Under the pieces are notes generated by a model, which worked only from the letters and a program-made list of their open reading frames with translations, was not told where the DNA came from and ran no database searches. From Atractiella rhizophila (taxonomy: Eukaryota): 64,000 nucleotides of DNA. Positions 43,985-56,774 of this stretch are shown here, one piece after another. Position 1 is the stretch's first letter. Each line of letters opens with the position of its first letter. The stretch covers positions 45,086-109,085 of the forward strand of contig MU271234.1 in assembly GCA_021432655.1 (NCBI GenBank), read 5' to 3'. The position numbers and the translations under genes were made by a program.

Positions 43985-44530
43985 CGAGGAACCTGCTTCT
44001 CAAAGCCTTCCTTAAAGCCTGTCCCTCCTTGGTGCCCAACTCGCCTACTCTTCAGTCTGCCTTGATACTGTTTCGGTCTAGAGGAAGTCATGTCGCCCGA
44101 AATGTTTGTGGGACAGCATCAGAAAGGATGTCCTCAAAATTCCTTCTCATACGACTGCAGATTCTTTTCCGTGATCTGTATGGACGATCTGGGCAAGAAC
44201 TGTGGGGACAGGTTTACGAAGTCACAATTCCTAGAAGAGAACCCAACGGTGCTCGTGTGGTGGTGAAGATTTACTAAGAAGCTTGAACCTTCCCAGCTCG
44301 ACTTCGAGACGTATCCAGCGGATTCCTCAACACGCGAGCATCAGCTCATTCTTCTTTACGATTACTTCAACGGTCAGCAATCCGAAATCCTATGGTTTTA
44401 CGAAGTATATCGAACCCTTCCTTTAGCTTCAGATACTGCTGGCGCATATGAAGGTTGTCGCAACTTACGTGCTCGAGTTTGTAGAAGGCCCTCAGACTCA
44501 TATCGATGAGGTCGACTTACCCTCCCTTTC
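43985..44530 (+). pseudogene. Degraded paralog of the kinase-like gene at 62933-64000
   Basis: SGQELWGQVYEVTIPRREPNGARVVVKIY-stop versus SGPQLWGQVYEVTIPGRELSGTCLVLKIYEE; later SYGFYEV and VLEFVEGP..HID fragments broken by frameshifts. Confidence 0.8.
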
Positions 44531-45704
44531 AGCTTTATCTTCTTCCTCTAAACGGCGCCGTCGGATATGTTTGGAAGAGAATGCTGTTTTTGAGGTTTCT
44601 AGTACCGAATAATGAATAGCGTTCACAGAGTGAAAAAACGGCTAGAAAATGAGCCATTGCCTTCGTCAGACCTTCATTTTCGCGTCTGGCCACGCAAATG
44701 ACACCACATTGCAGGAGATTAATCTACAGATTACATTGCTTACCAGCCCTGCGGCTCAGTGCAGTTTTCCGAGTCAATCATATACATTAGATACGCCTAA
44801 CACAGTGAGCAAGTGGCATTGAAGCCATCTCCTATGCACAGCGGCGTTTTGGTCCTCATCCGCAGATATATATACTTGATGGCTGAAATGTTCCGAACTG
44901 CATTTTGGAGTTGTCTACGAGTAGACAATAGAATAACGCTGCAGTGGGGTTCATGGCAGAACCTCAGACAGCTGATTTGCGAAGGCATATATTTATGGTT
45001 TAATCGTGTGCATTCTCCACAGATGGGCTGCGTCAAGATCTCCTCATCTTCAAAGAGGTCTGAGGGACAACTCTGTTTTCTCTCATAGCATCTGATGCTT
45101 CGTTGATGCTCGCGTTGTAGGTGAACGTCACACATGATAGCGAAAAGAAGTGTAAACTGTATGCCTGGTTATCAGCCTGAGAAAATAAAATAGACAAGAC
45201 CTTCAGGCGGAGCAACCAACTGCCTCTCATCCACGGCATCCTCCGCCACCTCACCCTCCTCAACACAAAGATAGGCTGGTCTACGTAAGTTTACGTTCAA
45301 ATCCCTGAAATCGCCTATGCAATTCGCCGCATCGATCCCATCTCCTCTCATCGATCCCAGATCAGTCTACGAACCTTGCCCACCTTTGGCCAATTAGCCG
45401 CCCACATAAAAGCACTCCTCTGCGCTGTCCGCTGTCCTGTGACCTGTACCTAACCATTCCCTGCTCCTGAGAGGCGACACCTGCCTAGCAAGTCAGGCAT
45501 ATCCATATCCAATCGTAGTAGAAACAGCGTTAGAGCACGTTCCGATCAATCTCACCGACGTATCCCGATCAGCAGGATCAGTTGGCGTCACTCACAAAAG
45601 ACGACGAACGAGCGACGAAGACTTCTCTGCCTCCCCCAGCACCTTATATATACAGCTGTCCAGCGTAAACAACCAACAACGACGGGCCATCGCCTCAGAT
45701 CAAC

Positions 45705-48700
45705 ATGTAATTCCTCAAACACCATTCCTCCTGACAAAGATACTGACGCGACCATGGGAAAGGCCATCAGTGTCCTTCCTCCCAGACCCAACATACCACC
45801 AGCTGATCGAAGAAGAAGACGAAAATCTAGATCAAGAATGGGAACCAGCGGCTGCAAATGTGCATCTGCCCACTTTGTCCGAGGTGCAGGGACAGATAAA
45901 GGAGCTAGAGGACAGCGTGAATCGGAAGTGGGAGGCGGATAGGAAGCATAGAGGATTGGATGCGAGCCAGAAGAGGAGCTCTGGAAGAGTGATGTGAGTC
46001 TGCCTGTTTTTGACGTAATCTGTGAAAGAGGGTGGTGAACGAGGTTTCGAGTTGCTTGAAGATGGACCTGTTTTCTGGTTGTTCGCTATGAAGTATTGCA
46101 TTTCACTTTATCGGTGGAATGATGTAGATCGAGCATCGAGGCAACGGCGCCGATGGCAAGGTGTCACTCCCACATCCGCAAGCCTTTATAATAGACGCAT
46201 TAAATAGATCTTGACCTGACATATTCGCGGTCCTCTATGAGAAGGATCGAGGCACACTTTGATGCTTAAAGATTTATTGGACATTCCGTTCAATGATGGT
46301 TGGGATGTGTATTTTAAACGTTTCAATGTTGATTGGTTGCCAATGTAAAAGAATACTGACATGGAATAACACAGAGTCGTGATTCACACACTTCCTTACA
46401 CATGCGTCCTGACGAACGAAACGGCCGCGGACCACTCCTCCCCCTCCCACGCCCACCATCCCGTCGACATCGTGACCTCCGATTCACCCGCTCGTCCTGC
46501 CCCACTACATGCGCACCCGTCTCTCCTCACCTCTCCAGTCGCGGCCGTCAGCAGTGGTCCCACGCCCGTTTGGAAGCTTCTTCCGCGTCGCGGCCACTCT
46601 GCTCTTCATAGTGGCATCGCTTCCCTCGCCAGTTCTGAGCGGGAGGTGACGCTCATTGCTTGGCCGGGGGATTTGCAGACCGCAGAAGGTGCTGGGGTAC
46701 CGAGTAATGTGGAATTGGCAGGTGGGAGGGAGATACCGAAAAGTGAAGGCACTGGAGGACAGGGATTGGATATTGGTGAATTGACGGAGGAGGAGAAGGG
46801 ATTGCTTGAGAAGGGATTGTGGGAACTTGGTGCACCTAATGAACAGGGGAAGGAAAGTGTGAGATGTGTTCCGGTTTGGCTACGCGATAGGACTTGGAGC
46901 GACTTTTATGATGGATTCTGCAAGAAGTTGGTTTTCAATTCCTCTACTGAGAGTTGGTTCTGATCAAATTTTGGAAGATATCTGTGGCCCACTTTTCATT
47001 ACCTCTCCTTGAGCGATAGCCTCGATTGTAATGAGGAAGCTCGGTACTGGAAGGCTTATTACGAGGCGAACATGGCTTATGCGAAGCGAGTAGCAGAAAC
47101 CTACAAGCCTGGCGATCTGGTTTGTCAAGTTCCCCTTCCTTCTTTTCTTTCTTCTGCTCACTAGAGACGCGGGACGACAGATCATGATCCACGACTACCA
47201 CTTACTCCTCGTTCCCAAACTAGTCCGCGACCTACTTGGGCAGGAAGTTCTCATCGAGCTCTTCCTCCACTCACCCTTCCCCTCTTCCGAGTTCTTTCGC
47301 TGCCTCCCCCGCCGGGAAGAGATCCTACAAGGTATGCTCGGCTCTAACCTGTGCTGTTTCCAGACGTACAGCTATGGACGACACTTCCTCTCGTCCTGCG
47401 TCAGAGTTTTAGGATACGAAGCGGCACAGGGTGGAGGAGTGGATGCGAAAGGGAGCATCACCCGGATCGGCAATTGTCCGATTGGTATTGATGCGGAGAA
47501 GATAGAGGAGGATTTGAAGAGTCCGGGCGTGAAACCGAAGTTGGACAGCTTGTTGAAACTTTATCAAGGAAAGAAGATCGTTGTGGGTAGGGATAAGTTG
47601 GACCCTACGAAAGGTGTCATTCCTAAGGTTTGTCTATCTCGTGTTCTTGGGGAAAGTGCTAAGATAGGTATTCAGCTTCAAGCGTTCGAACACCTTCTGG
47701 CAGCTTATCCTCAATGGATTGGAAAGGTCGTCATGATCCAAGTCACTAGCCCTTCACCGACCGACTCTCCTCATCTCCATCGCAAAATATCAGAGATGGT
47801 CGATCACATCAATGTTTGTCCCATTCATATCGCCGATCCCCCTTGTCCTCATAGGAATGACAGGGAACCTACGGGTCACTCCACTTCCAACCCTTGCACC
47901 ACTACCATCAAACGATTGAGAGGGACGAGTACTTTGCCCTCCTCTCCGCGGCTGATGTTGCCCTCATCACCGCTGTCCGGGACGGGATGAACACCACGAG
48001 GTGAGCTTGCCATCCCTTGCCCATTCCATCCGGCAGGTCTTCATTGTAGATTTTGATTTGGTTGCATCGTCGGCCAGTATGGAATATACTGTTTGCCAGA
48101 CAGAAAATAAGAATCCTCTCATCCTATCGGAATTTGTAGGCGTGGTCGGCTCGCTCAAGGCGGCGTTGAAGATAAATCCATGGGATCGAGGTGGCTGCGC
48201 GAAGGCTATCGATTACTGCTTAAATATGGACCCTGAAGAGAAGGCGCAACGACACGCGGTACGTCTCACTCACCTCTATATTTTTATGTGGTTGGTTGAA
48301 GGGCTTCGGTGGGCTTCCAGCAACTATTAAAGCGCGTCAAGAGCCAAACTGCTGCCGTTTGGGCCCATTCACTCGTCCTAAAACTCCTCGAGTGTGCCGA
48401 AGACATGCAGGCGTCGAAGGAGACACCGATGCTCGACGTGCCGGGTGTTTTGAAGAAGTATAAGGAGGCAGGAAAGCGGATGCTTCTATTCGACTACGAT
48501 GTAAGCCTATCTCATCTTGAAGCGTGCAGAACTAGACGTGCGTTTCATAGGGTACTCTTACCCCCATTGTCAAGGTTCCCTCAGCCGCCGTTCCTTCTCC
48601 CCCTCTTCTTGAGGCGCTAGAAAAGCTCACTGCCGACCCAAACAACATCGTGTACATCATCTCTGGGCGTGACGCCACCTTCCTCGACTTACACCTCGGT

Positions 48701-49721
48701 CATATTTCTAACCTAGGACTGTCAGCAGAGCACGGATGCTTCATCAAACTTCCTGGTGAGAAGGAGTGGACAAATTTGACAGCAGATATCGATATGGGAT
48801 GGAAGCAGGACGTGGAGGAGATCTTCCGGTATTATGAGGCGAGGACGACGGGAAGTATGGTAGAGAAAAAAGCTAGTAGCGTCACTTTCCACTATCGAAA
48901 TGCCGATCCTGTCTTCGGTGACTTCCAAGGTCTGTTGTTTGACAACTCTGGATATATTGTGCTGACTATGGAAACAGCGAAGGAGTGCCAAGCTATGTTA
49001 GAGTCAATGCAAGATAGACTGCCGATTGATATCCTCGTTGTGAGCCATTTCGTGGAGAAAAAGTTGCACGCGACTGATGGGGTTATTTCAGGGCAAGAAG
49101 AATGTTGAGGTTCGACCTGCTCATACAGACAAAGTGTGTCGCTTGAATGTTCGGAAGAATTGGATAATGATCTGGTATTAGGGAGAAATCGTAAAGCGAT
49201 TACTCTATCTGAACCCTGAGACAAACTTTGTCATTTGCGCCGGAGACGACAGGACAGGTCGGTCCCCCTTGGGCTGTGACATGCACAGACAGACTGATGT
49301 TCGCGCAGACGAAGACATGTTCCGAGCGATACTGGCTATCAAAAACAGTGCAGCTCCCGGAGAAAAACCAACGATCCAACCTCCAGCATCCGTCACCATG
49401 TATCCATCCTCCCAGCGCTCGTCCCGCCGTTCCTCGAAGCATGTCACTCCCGCACGGACGCCTACAAATTCCCAATCTAACTCGAGTGGTGGAATTCTGA
49501 GCGAGCTCTCGTCCAAGCTGCCTACTTTGGCTAATGGCTCGACGCCCGGAACCGACGAGGATGAAGAAGGAGACATTGGTCCTATCAAGAGTGATTTGGA
49601 GGCAACTTCCACTTTTACGATCGCCATCGACCCGAAGATGGCACGAAACACGATTGCCGGATGGCATGTCGACACGCCTGAGGATCTGATCGATATCCTC
49701 GCTTCCATGGCTGGTATTTAA
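45705..49721 (+). CDS. TPS2: Trehalose-6-phosphate phosphatase (GT20 plus HAD domains)
   Basis: SGRVI|VVIHTLP, FYDGFCK..LWPTFHY, IHDYHLLLVP, LHSPFPSSEFFRCLP, RDGMNTT, LLFDYD|GTL, LSAEHG. Start codon AT|G is split by a 56-nt intron. Confidence 0.92.
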
Positions 49722-50649
49722 GCAACGAAAGAACTTCAACGATATTGACGACTGGTCCCGACGTCTGCTCTGTTTGGATTGACTTATGGATATGATTTGA
49801 GAAATTGTCTGTCAACTGTTCAACGTGTAGCGAAAAGGGATCAAGAAGGTTTAGCAATAGAAAGAGTATCTGAAAGGTTGGGTATTTGATGACACAATAA
49901 CAATATTCAAAACAGGCGGATTACTTTTATTTTCTCTGCGCAATGAATTCGTGAATCATCGCTTCTGTTTGTTGCGTTCCCTCTCTCATTCTCATTCTTG
50001 AATTTTAGCTACCTTGAGCTTGAGGCCTTGAGGCCTCAGATTGGCGCTCTGGTTTCACCTGATTGCTTCTCCTGCGCCGACCGGGCCACAACCTGGATGG
50101 CGGGAAAGTGTTGGGAACCTTCACTCGTAGATGATGTGGTAGGGCTGTTGGTGAGAGTCAGAACTTGAAACAACTTGCTAAACTTGCCCAAATGTAGGAG
50201 AATCTCTCCTTAACAGGTGTGCGTGGCGGCTTGTAGGGACTCAAATGATCGGATGAGAATTTGGCTGTAGATTGCGGCGTTACACACTGTCAAAACACGA
50301 ATAAGAATGTGCAACGTTTGAGTAAATGAGCTATGGTTTTAATCATATCCGTTGGGACGGGGCGGTCTTGTTATTCTTGTTGTTTTGGAGGTTCAGTTTG
50401 TGCGGCCCGTTGACTTGATTCAGCATACTACAGGATGTGAACGAATTTGTAAATTGTGTCGCAATCTTCTTGCAATATAGCAACGCCGCTTTGGTTATTG
50501 AGCAGGATTGGATAGCACAGCATTTCATTTGCCTTCGACGGATGAGCCGCACTGGAATGCTTGTCCCGCGGGGTCGCGCATAAAAAGGCTCCTCCCGTCC
50601 TTCTTCAGGCATAAGTACTTGTACCATTGACGAGTTGATCACATACAGT

Positions 50650-52287
50650 ATGCGTTTCTCCACAGCGCTTATTCTCTCTGTAGCGGTCGGGGCTTCTCAA
50701 GCAGGTCGAACAACAACCATTGAGAGGGATTATGTGATCATTGGTGGAGGCAGCTCTGGTTTGTCGAAAATCTTTAGCATGAGCAAAGCTCACCAGTGCT
50801 GTTGGCCATGATTAGGGGTGTATTCGGCAATATACTTGAAGGACAAGGGAAAGTCTGTCGCGGTTGTGGAGGCGAAAGACATTCTTGGTTCAATGTTCAT
50901 TCTTTGCGACCCGTTAGTGTGCTGAAGTGAAAGCAGGGGGACACACAGAAACCTATGTTGACCCAGTCACCAGCAGTCCTATTAATCTAGCAGTAATCTA
51001 TTTCCAGGTGCGCTCTTCCACACTCGTTAGATAGGTGCTTACACGAATGGACAGACCAATCAAGTAGCAAAAGATTATTTTGCTCGCCTTAATATCAGTA
51101 CCATAACGCATGTCCCAGGATCTTCGCAGAATCCAACACAATACTACAACTACGCAACTGGCGAGAAAGTCTCGTACTCTCCCTCGCCGGATACCGGTTC
51201 TGCACTCCAAGCATATGCTGCTCAACTAGTCAAGTACCCTTATCTCGAAACGGGCTTCAACCTCCCTTCTCCAGTTCCTGAAGATCTTCTGCTTAAGTTC
51301 GGTGATTTCGTTGACAAGTACCAACTCGGTCCAGCTGTTCGCACCATCTGGAACGTTGCTCAAGGCTTTGGCAACCTCTTAGAGCAACCTACGGTTTATG
51401 TGCTGAAGATCTTTGGTATGTCGAACGGCTAAACTTGGATTGATGGATGACTTGGAGTAGGTCTCGGAGTTCTTCAGTCTTTCACAGCTGGTTTTACTGT
51501 CGTTGCATCGGGAGACAACCACGAAATTTACGACAAAGCTGCAACAATACTTGGGAGCGACGCCTTTCTCTCTTCCAAGATCGCTTCAGTGACGCGATCC
51601 AATAAAGGAGTCGAAGTCAAGTTCTCTGGCCCTAACGGCGAAACCAAAATCAAAGCTAGCAAGCTGATCCTCACTATTCCTCCAAAACTCGAAAACCTCA
51701 GAGCTTTCGATCTTTCTAACACTGAACGACAGTTGTTCGGAAAATTCAGCAATTCAGTTTATTACGCTGGCACCGTGCGGCACAACGGTTCACTCTCTTT
51801 TCCCATCGAAAACTACGACCCCGCCGCACCATTTGGTATTCCTGATGGACCTGGCATCTACAGTCTGTCTCCAACCGGGTGAGCCGACTTGTCAAAGAAT
51901 ACATCCTTGCTGATCACTCAGAGCAGGGTTCCAAACCTGACGAATGTCAAGTACGGGCTACCATCCTTCGTTCCACCCGAGGAAGTGGGGGCGGATATCA
52001 TTCAGAGCATTGAAGGTCTCTCTTTGAACCCTGGAGAGGTGTCCTTGGCCGTGCTCAAGACGCATTATCCCTTCGAGCTCACAGTCAAGCCAGATGACAT
52101 CGCGAATGGATTTTACACGCAACTTTATAATTTGCAAGGTGAGTGTAGATCTCATCTTTCGTGGAGTGAAGTTCAACGTTGAGAAGGGACTGCCAACACC
52201 TATTATACCGGTGCAGCCTTCCATACCCACGACTCAGCCCAACTTTGGCAGTTCACCAAAACCCTGCTTGACGGCGTGGTAGTTTAA
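50650..52287 (+). CDS. Secreted FAD-dependent oxidoreductase (flavin amine oxidase / CpaO-like), copy 1
   Basis: Signal peptide MRFSTALILSVAVGASQA, VIIGGGSS|G, VVEAKDIL|GGHTETY, VPEDLLLKFGDFV, YYTGAAFHTHDSAQLWQF. Confidence 0.88.
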
Positions 52288-54752
52288 GTAATGTGCAGCA
52301 CTGGTGTCAGTATGACACTCGTTTACTATAAAGAGGGCAGTTGTACCTCAAATATCTGCAATTTCTTTGATGCTGAGCCAGTGGTACCTGTCAGCTGTTC
52401 AACGTGTAGCGAAAAGGGATCAAGGAAGGTTTAGCAAAAGAAAGAATATCTGAAAGACTGGGTATTTGACGACACAAAGAGAATATTCAAAACAGGCGGA
52501 TTACTTTTATTTTCTGTGTGCAATGAAGGTTGTGGCTCATCCTTCAAGCCTTCACGTCTCGCTCTCTGCGTTCTTCAGATACCTTGAGACATGAGATAAG
52601 CAGTGCGATTCTTTCCTGGCACCTGGCCGAGGCATGCACGAGCATGGACCCTAGAGAGAATGCCCAACTCGAGTATTCACAACCGCCAGGTTGCAAGTTG
52701 CCTAAAGCTTGCGCGACCTCTGTGCGATTGTCAATGTAAGGATGACGATGACTATGATAACTGACGGGAAGAGAATGAATTCTAGAATTCGACTTGGTGA
52801 GTCCATAATCGTAAGCTGGCTTCCTTCGGGACATGCATCCTGAATGTTCTGAGCGAATAAACCCTGTGGACAGTCCCAGGCCAGTTTTTGCAGACACTGA
52901 TTTTGAGCTGGAAATAACATAGGAGAGGCAGGTAAATTTAAGATAAAACAGGGCAAAGGAGCGGCAGATCAGACTGCGTTTTACCAGTGAGTGAGCAGGT
53001 CCTTCACTAGAGAGTTGGTTATTGAAGCAACTTGTCATTCTCAGTGAATCTGCTGGACACATTGCAACCCCACCGTGACACTGATCTGCAACGGCAACCA
53101 TCGTCCATGTCACTCAATCTGCCACGAGTACGCCATCCTCCTCGGCCCTGCGGCTTCTTTGTCACCACCAGATTGATCGACCTCTCCCATGACCTGATCG
53201 TGGCCCAAGAGGACAATCTCGCCTTTCCTCTCTAGACTACAATAGGACGTGCTCGAATCTATATCGATGCCTAGCCTAGCTGGCCAAGTTTTGGTCGATT
53301 AAAAATTATTTCTGGTGTACCTCGACGGGAGGGAGAAGCATGCGGATTGGGAAATGAATACGGAGGGACGGAGTCTTCCAACATGATTCTGCGAGCATGA
53401 ATGGCCTGCTGCACTCGACTAATCGGAAGAAGGAAGTAGGAGGGATAATGAGGTGGGTTCTCAACTCGAGGACGCTGTCAAACCGACACGGGGAGAAAAC
53501 CTGGTGCAGACTTCGTCCTTGCCATCTGTATTGCGGACCGCTGAAGGCTGCTAACTTGTTCCATCACCACCAATTTGCGCTCGAGGACCAAGCGTTCACA
53601 TTTAAGTAGGCGGTTGGGCCAGGAGCATGTGGGGGGTTGGAGGAGAGGACGATGTTCATGGAGGTAACCAATGCGAGGTGTGTCCCTTTGATTGTGACCT
53701 GTTACAGATCCTGCATGTTTACTTTACGCTGACACCATGTTTGCTTTAGCAGGTTCTAGAATAACATAAGGGATTCTGCATCTCAGTCCTTTCTCTCTCT
53801 CTTCTGCGCTCAGCGACATGAGCGACACGTCCTCCTAGATCCGTCACTTGTGCCATCGACCGACACAGCCTCCTACACACGCACTGACCCGACAATCGAA
53901 TTCTTCTCGATCTCCTTCTCCAGCCTATCAGGGAAAATATCCTCCAGCTGACTTAGTGCAGGGACCCACTATAGCTTGTTTCGAGCGACCAGTGGTGAAC
54001 CATCTTGAGAAGAAAGAGAGGCATCTCCGTGATTCCCACGCGCCGCATTCACATGACCTCCCGCTTACGCAACAAGCAACGCTTGTGTTCTGCCTTATCG
54101 AGAGGCAGGACGTACCGGTTGGCAGAGACTGGCAAGAACTGGGCTGTATCTCAATGTCCGCAGAAATCGGCTCTGACTCTGTTCCAGATTCCTCTTTGTA
54201 CGGTGAGTGTCAATGTCATTTCCTGTAATGGCTGGGAAAGCTCCGAATCTCTTCCGCGCCATTCGCCAGACATGAGTGCATGAGTTTGATCAAAAGCCTT
54301 ACAAATTCACCACCACTTCTAAGCAACCCCTTGGTTTCGTTCTCTGCTTGCTTGCTGAGTAGGCACTTGCGGCGGGAGATGAACATCTCATTTAGGCCAG
54401 CTGCAGTCTTCACTGCGTTCGTTCGCGCCTGCACGGTGTTGTTACTCTTGTTGTTTGTGACGAGCAGTTCGTGCCGCCAATTGACTCACGTTTTAGGGCA
54501 GAAGGTAAGGGAGGTTGAGAACTGTGTCGCTATCTTTGTGCAAGGCAGCGACGCCACTTGGTCATTGAACAGGATGGGGCACCGAGATGGGTTATGGATA
54601 ACACCGCACTTCATTTGCCTTTGATGGAAAAGTCGCACTATCGAAATGCTTGTGCGCTGGCGCCGGGTCTCGCATAAAAAGGCTCTTCCGATTGTGCTTC
54701 AGGTATACTTCCATCTTTCTTTTGTACCAGTGACGAGTTCAACACATACAGT

Positions 54753-56395
54753 ATGCGTTTCTCCACAGCGCTCATTCTCTCTGTGGCGGTCGGGGCTTCT
54801 CAAGCAGGTCGAACAACAACCATTGAGAGGGATTATGTGATCATTGGTGGAGGCAGCACTGGTTTGTAGCGAATTTTCAACACGGAACAAGGCTCATTTT
54901 GCTTCTGATTATAGGGGTGTATTCGGCAATATACTTGAAGGACAAGGGAAAGTCTGTTGCGGTTGTAGAGGCAAAGGACATTCTTGGTTCGATGTTCGCT
55001 CTGTGTGGCTCTTCAGACAGTGTTGAAAGTGAAAGCAGGAGGACACACAGAGACCTATGTCGACCCAGTCACCAGTAGACCTATTAATCTAGCCGTAGTT
55101 GTTTTTCAAGTCCGCTCTTCCCCATTCTTGGGATAGATACTTACACCAAGACAACAGGCAAATCAAGTAGCAAAAGATTATTTTGCGCGCCTTAACATCA
55201 GTACCATAACGCAAGTCCCAGGATCTTCGCAGAACCCAACCCAGTACTACAACTACGCAACTGGAGAGAAAGCCTCCTACTCTCCCTCACCTGATACTGG
55301 TACTGCACTCCAAGCATACGCCGCTCAACTAGCCAAGTACCCTTATCTCGAGACGGGCTTCAACCTCCCTTCTCCAGTTCCTGAAGATCTTCTGCTTAAG
55401 TTCGGTGATTTCGTTGACAAGTACCAACTCGGTCCAGCTGTTCGCACCATCTGGAACGTTGCTCAAGGCTTCGGCAACTTCTTAGAACAACCTACGGTTT
55501 ATGTGTTTAAGCTCTTTGGTATGTTGACCGGCAAAACTCGCAGAAGCGATTCATAATGCGGAGTAGGTCTAGGAGTTCTTCAGTCTTTTACAAATGGTTT
55601 TACTGTCGTTGCATCGGGAGACAACCACGAAATTTACGACAAAGCTGCGACAATACTTGGGAGCGACGCCTTTCTTTCATCCAGGATCACTTCAGTGACA
55701 CGGTCCAAAAAAGGGGTCGAAGTCAAATTCTGTGGCCCTAACGGCGATACCAAAATCAAAGCTAGCAAGCTGATTCTCGCCATTCCCCCAAAGCTCGAGA
55801 ATCTCAGAGCTTTTGATCTTTCTAACAATGAACGCCAGTTGTTCGGAAAGTTCAACAATTCTGCTTATTACGCTGGTGCCGTGAGACACAACGGTTCAAT
55901 CTCTTTTCCCATCGAAAACTACGACCCCGCCGCGCCTTTCGGGATTCCTGACGGGCCTGGCATCTACACTGTGTCTCCAAGCGGGTAAGTTGACTTGTCA
56001 AAGAATCCATCCTTGCTGATCATGCGGAGCAGGGTTCCAAATCTGGCGAATGTCTGGTATGGGCTGCCATCCTTCGTTCCACCCGAGGCAGTGGGGGCGG
56101 ATATCATTCAGCGCATTGAAGGTCTCTCTTTGAACCTTGGAGAGGTGTCCTTGGCGGTGCTCAAGACACATTATCCCTTCGAGCTCACCGTCAAGCCAGA
56201 CGACATCGCGAATGGATTTTACACCCAACTTTATAATTTGCAAGGTGAGTGTAGATCTCATCGGCATCGGGGAGTGAAGCTCAACATTGAGAAGGAACCG
56301 CCAACACCTATTACACCGGTGCAGCCTTCCATACTCACGACTCAGCCCAACTGTGGCAGTTCACCAAAACCCTGCTTGACGGAGTGGTGGTTTAA
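54753..56395 (+). CDS. Secreted FAD-dependent oxidoreductase (flavin amine oxidase / CpaO-like), copy 2
   Basis: Same exon structure and motifs as copy 1 (IIGGGST|G, GGHTETY, YYTGAAFHTHDS); appears intact. Confidence 0.88.
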
Positions 56396-56774
56396 GTAAT
56401 CTGTCAGCACCAGTGTCAGTATGACATACGTTTACTATAATGCAGCTAACTATAGCTCAAATATTTGCAATTAATTTGGTTTTCAGCATGTTGTACCACC
56501 AGACGCCATGTGAAGCAAAATTTGACGTGAACAAGACCTGCAGGCTTCGTATTGCGTTGAGAGCACCTATATGTAGTTTGCTTGTATGTACGATGAGTTA
56601 CAAGTTCGTCGAGTTAGAATTCCAAAAGTCAAAAAGTACAGTGCCAATCTTTGTTTTAATTCGAAAAGGCGCACGTTAGATGTCAACCGTCCATGGAATT
56701 TCGGCGCCGTCGTCTCCTTCAGCTGCTAGAATAAGCCCTTTCGCCAAGCCCGCCCCTTCTTTGATGCTATTCCT

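Larger units (their letters stand above)
49809..56440. repeat. Tandem segmental duplication carrying the two flavin oxidoreductase genes (units ~49809-52330 and ~52388-56440)
   Basis: The block ctgtcarctgttcaacgtgtagcgaaaagggatcaag...caatgaa occurs at 49809-49947 and 52388-52527; promoters, exons, introns and 3' ends are collinear. Confidence 0.88.

Noticed and set aside
44797..45450. Possible small multi-exon gene upstream of TPS2
   Set aside because: Could not build a consistent frame; may be the TPS2 5' leader.
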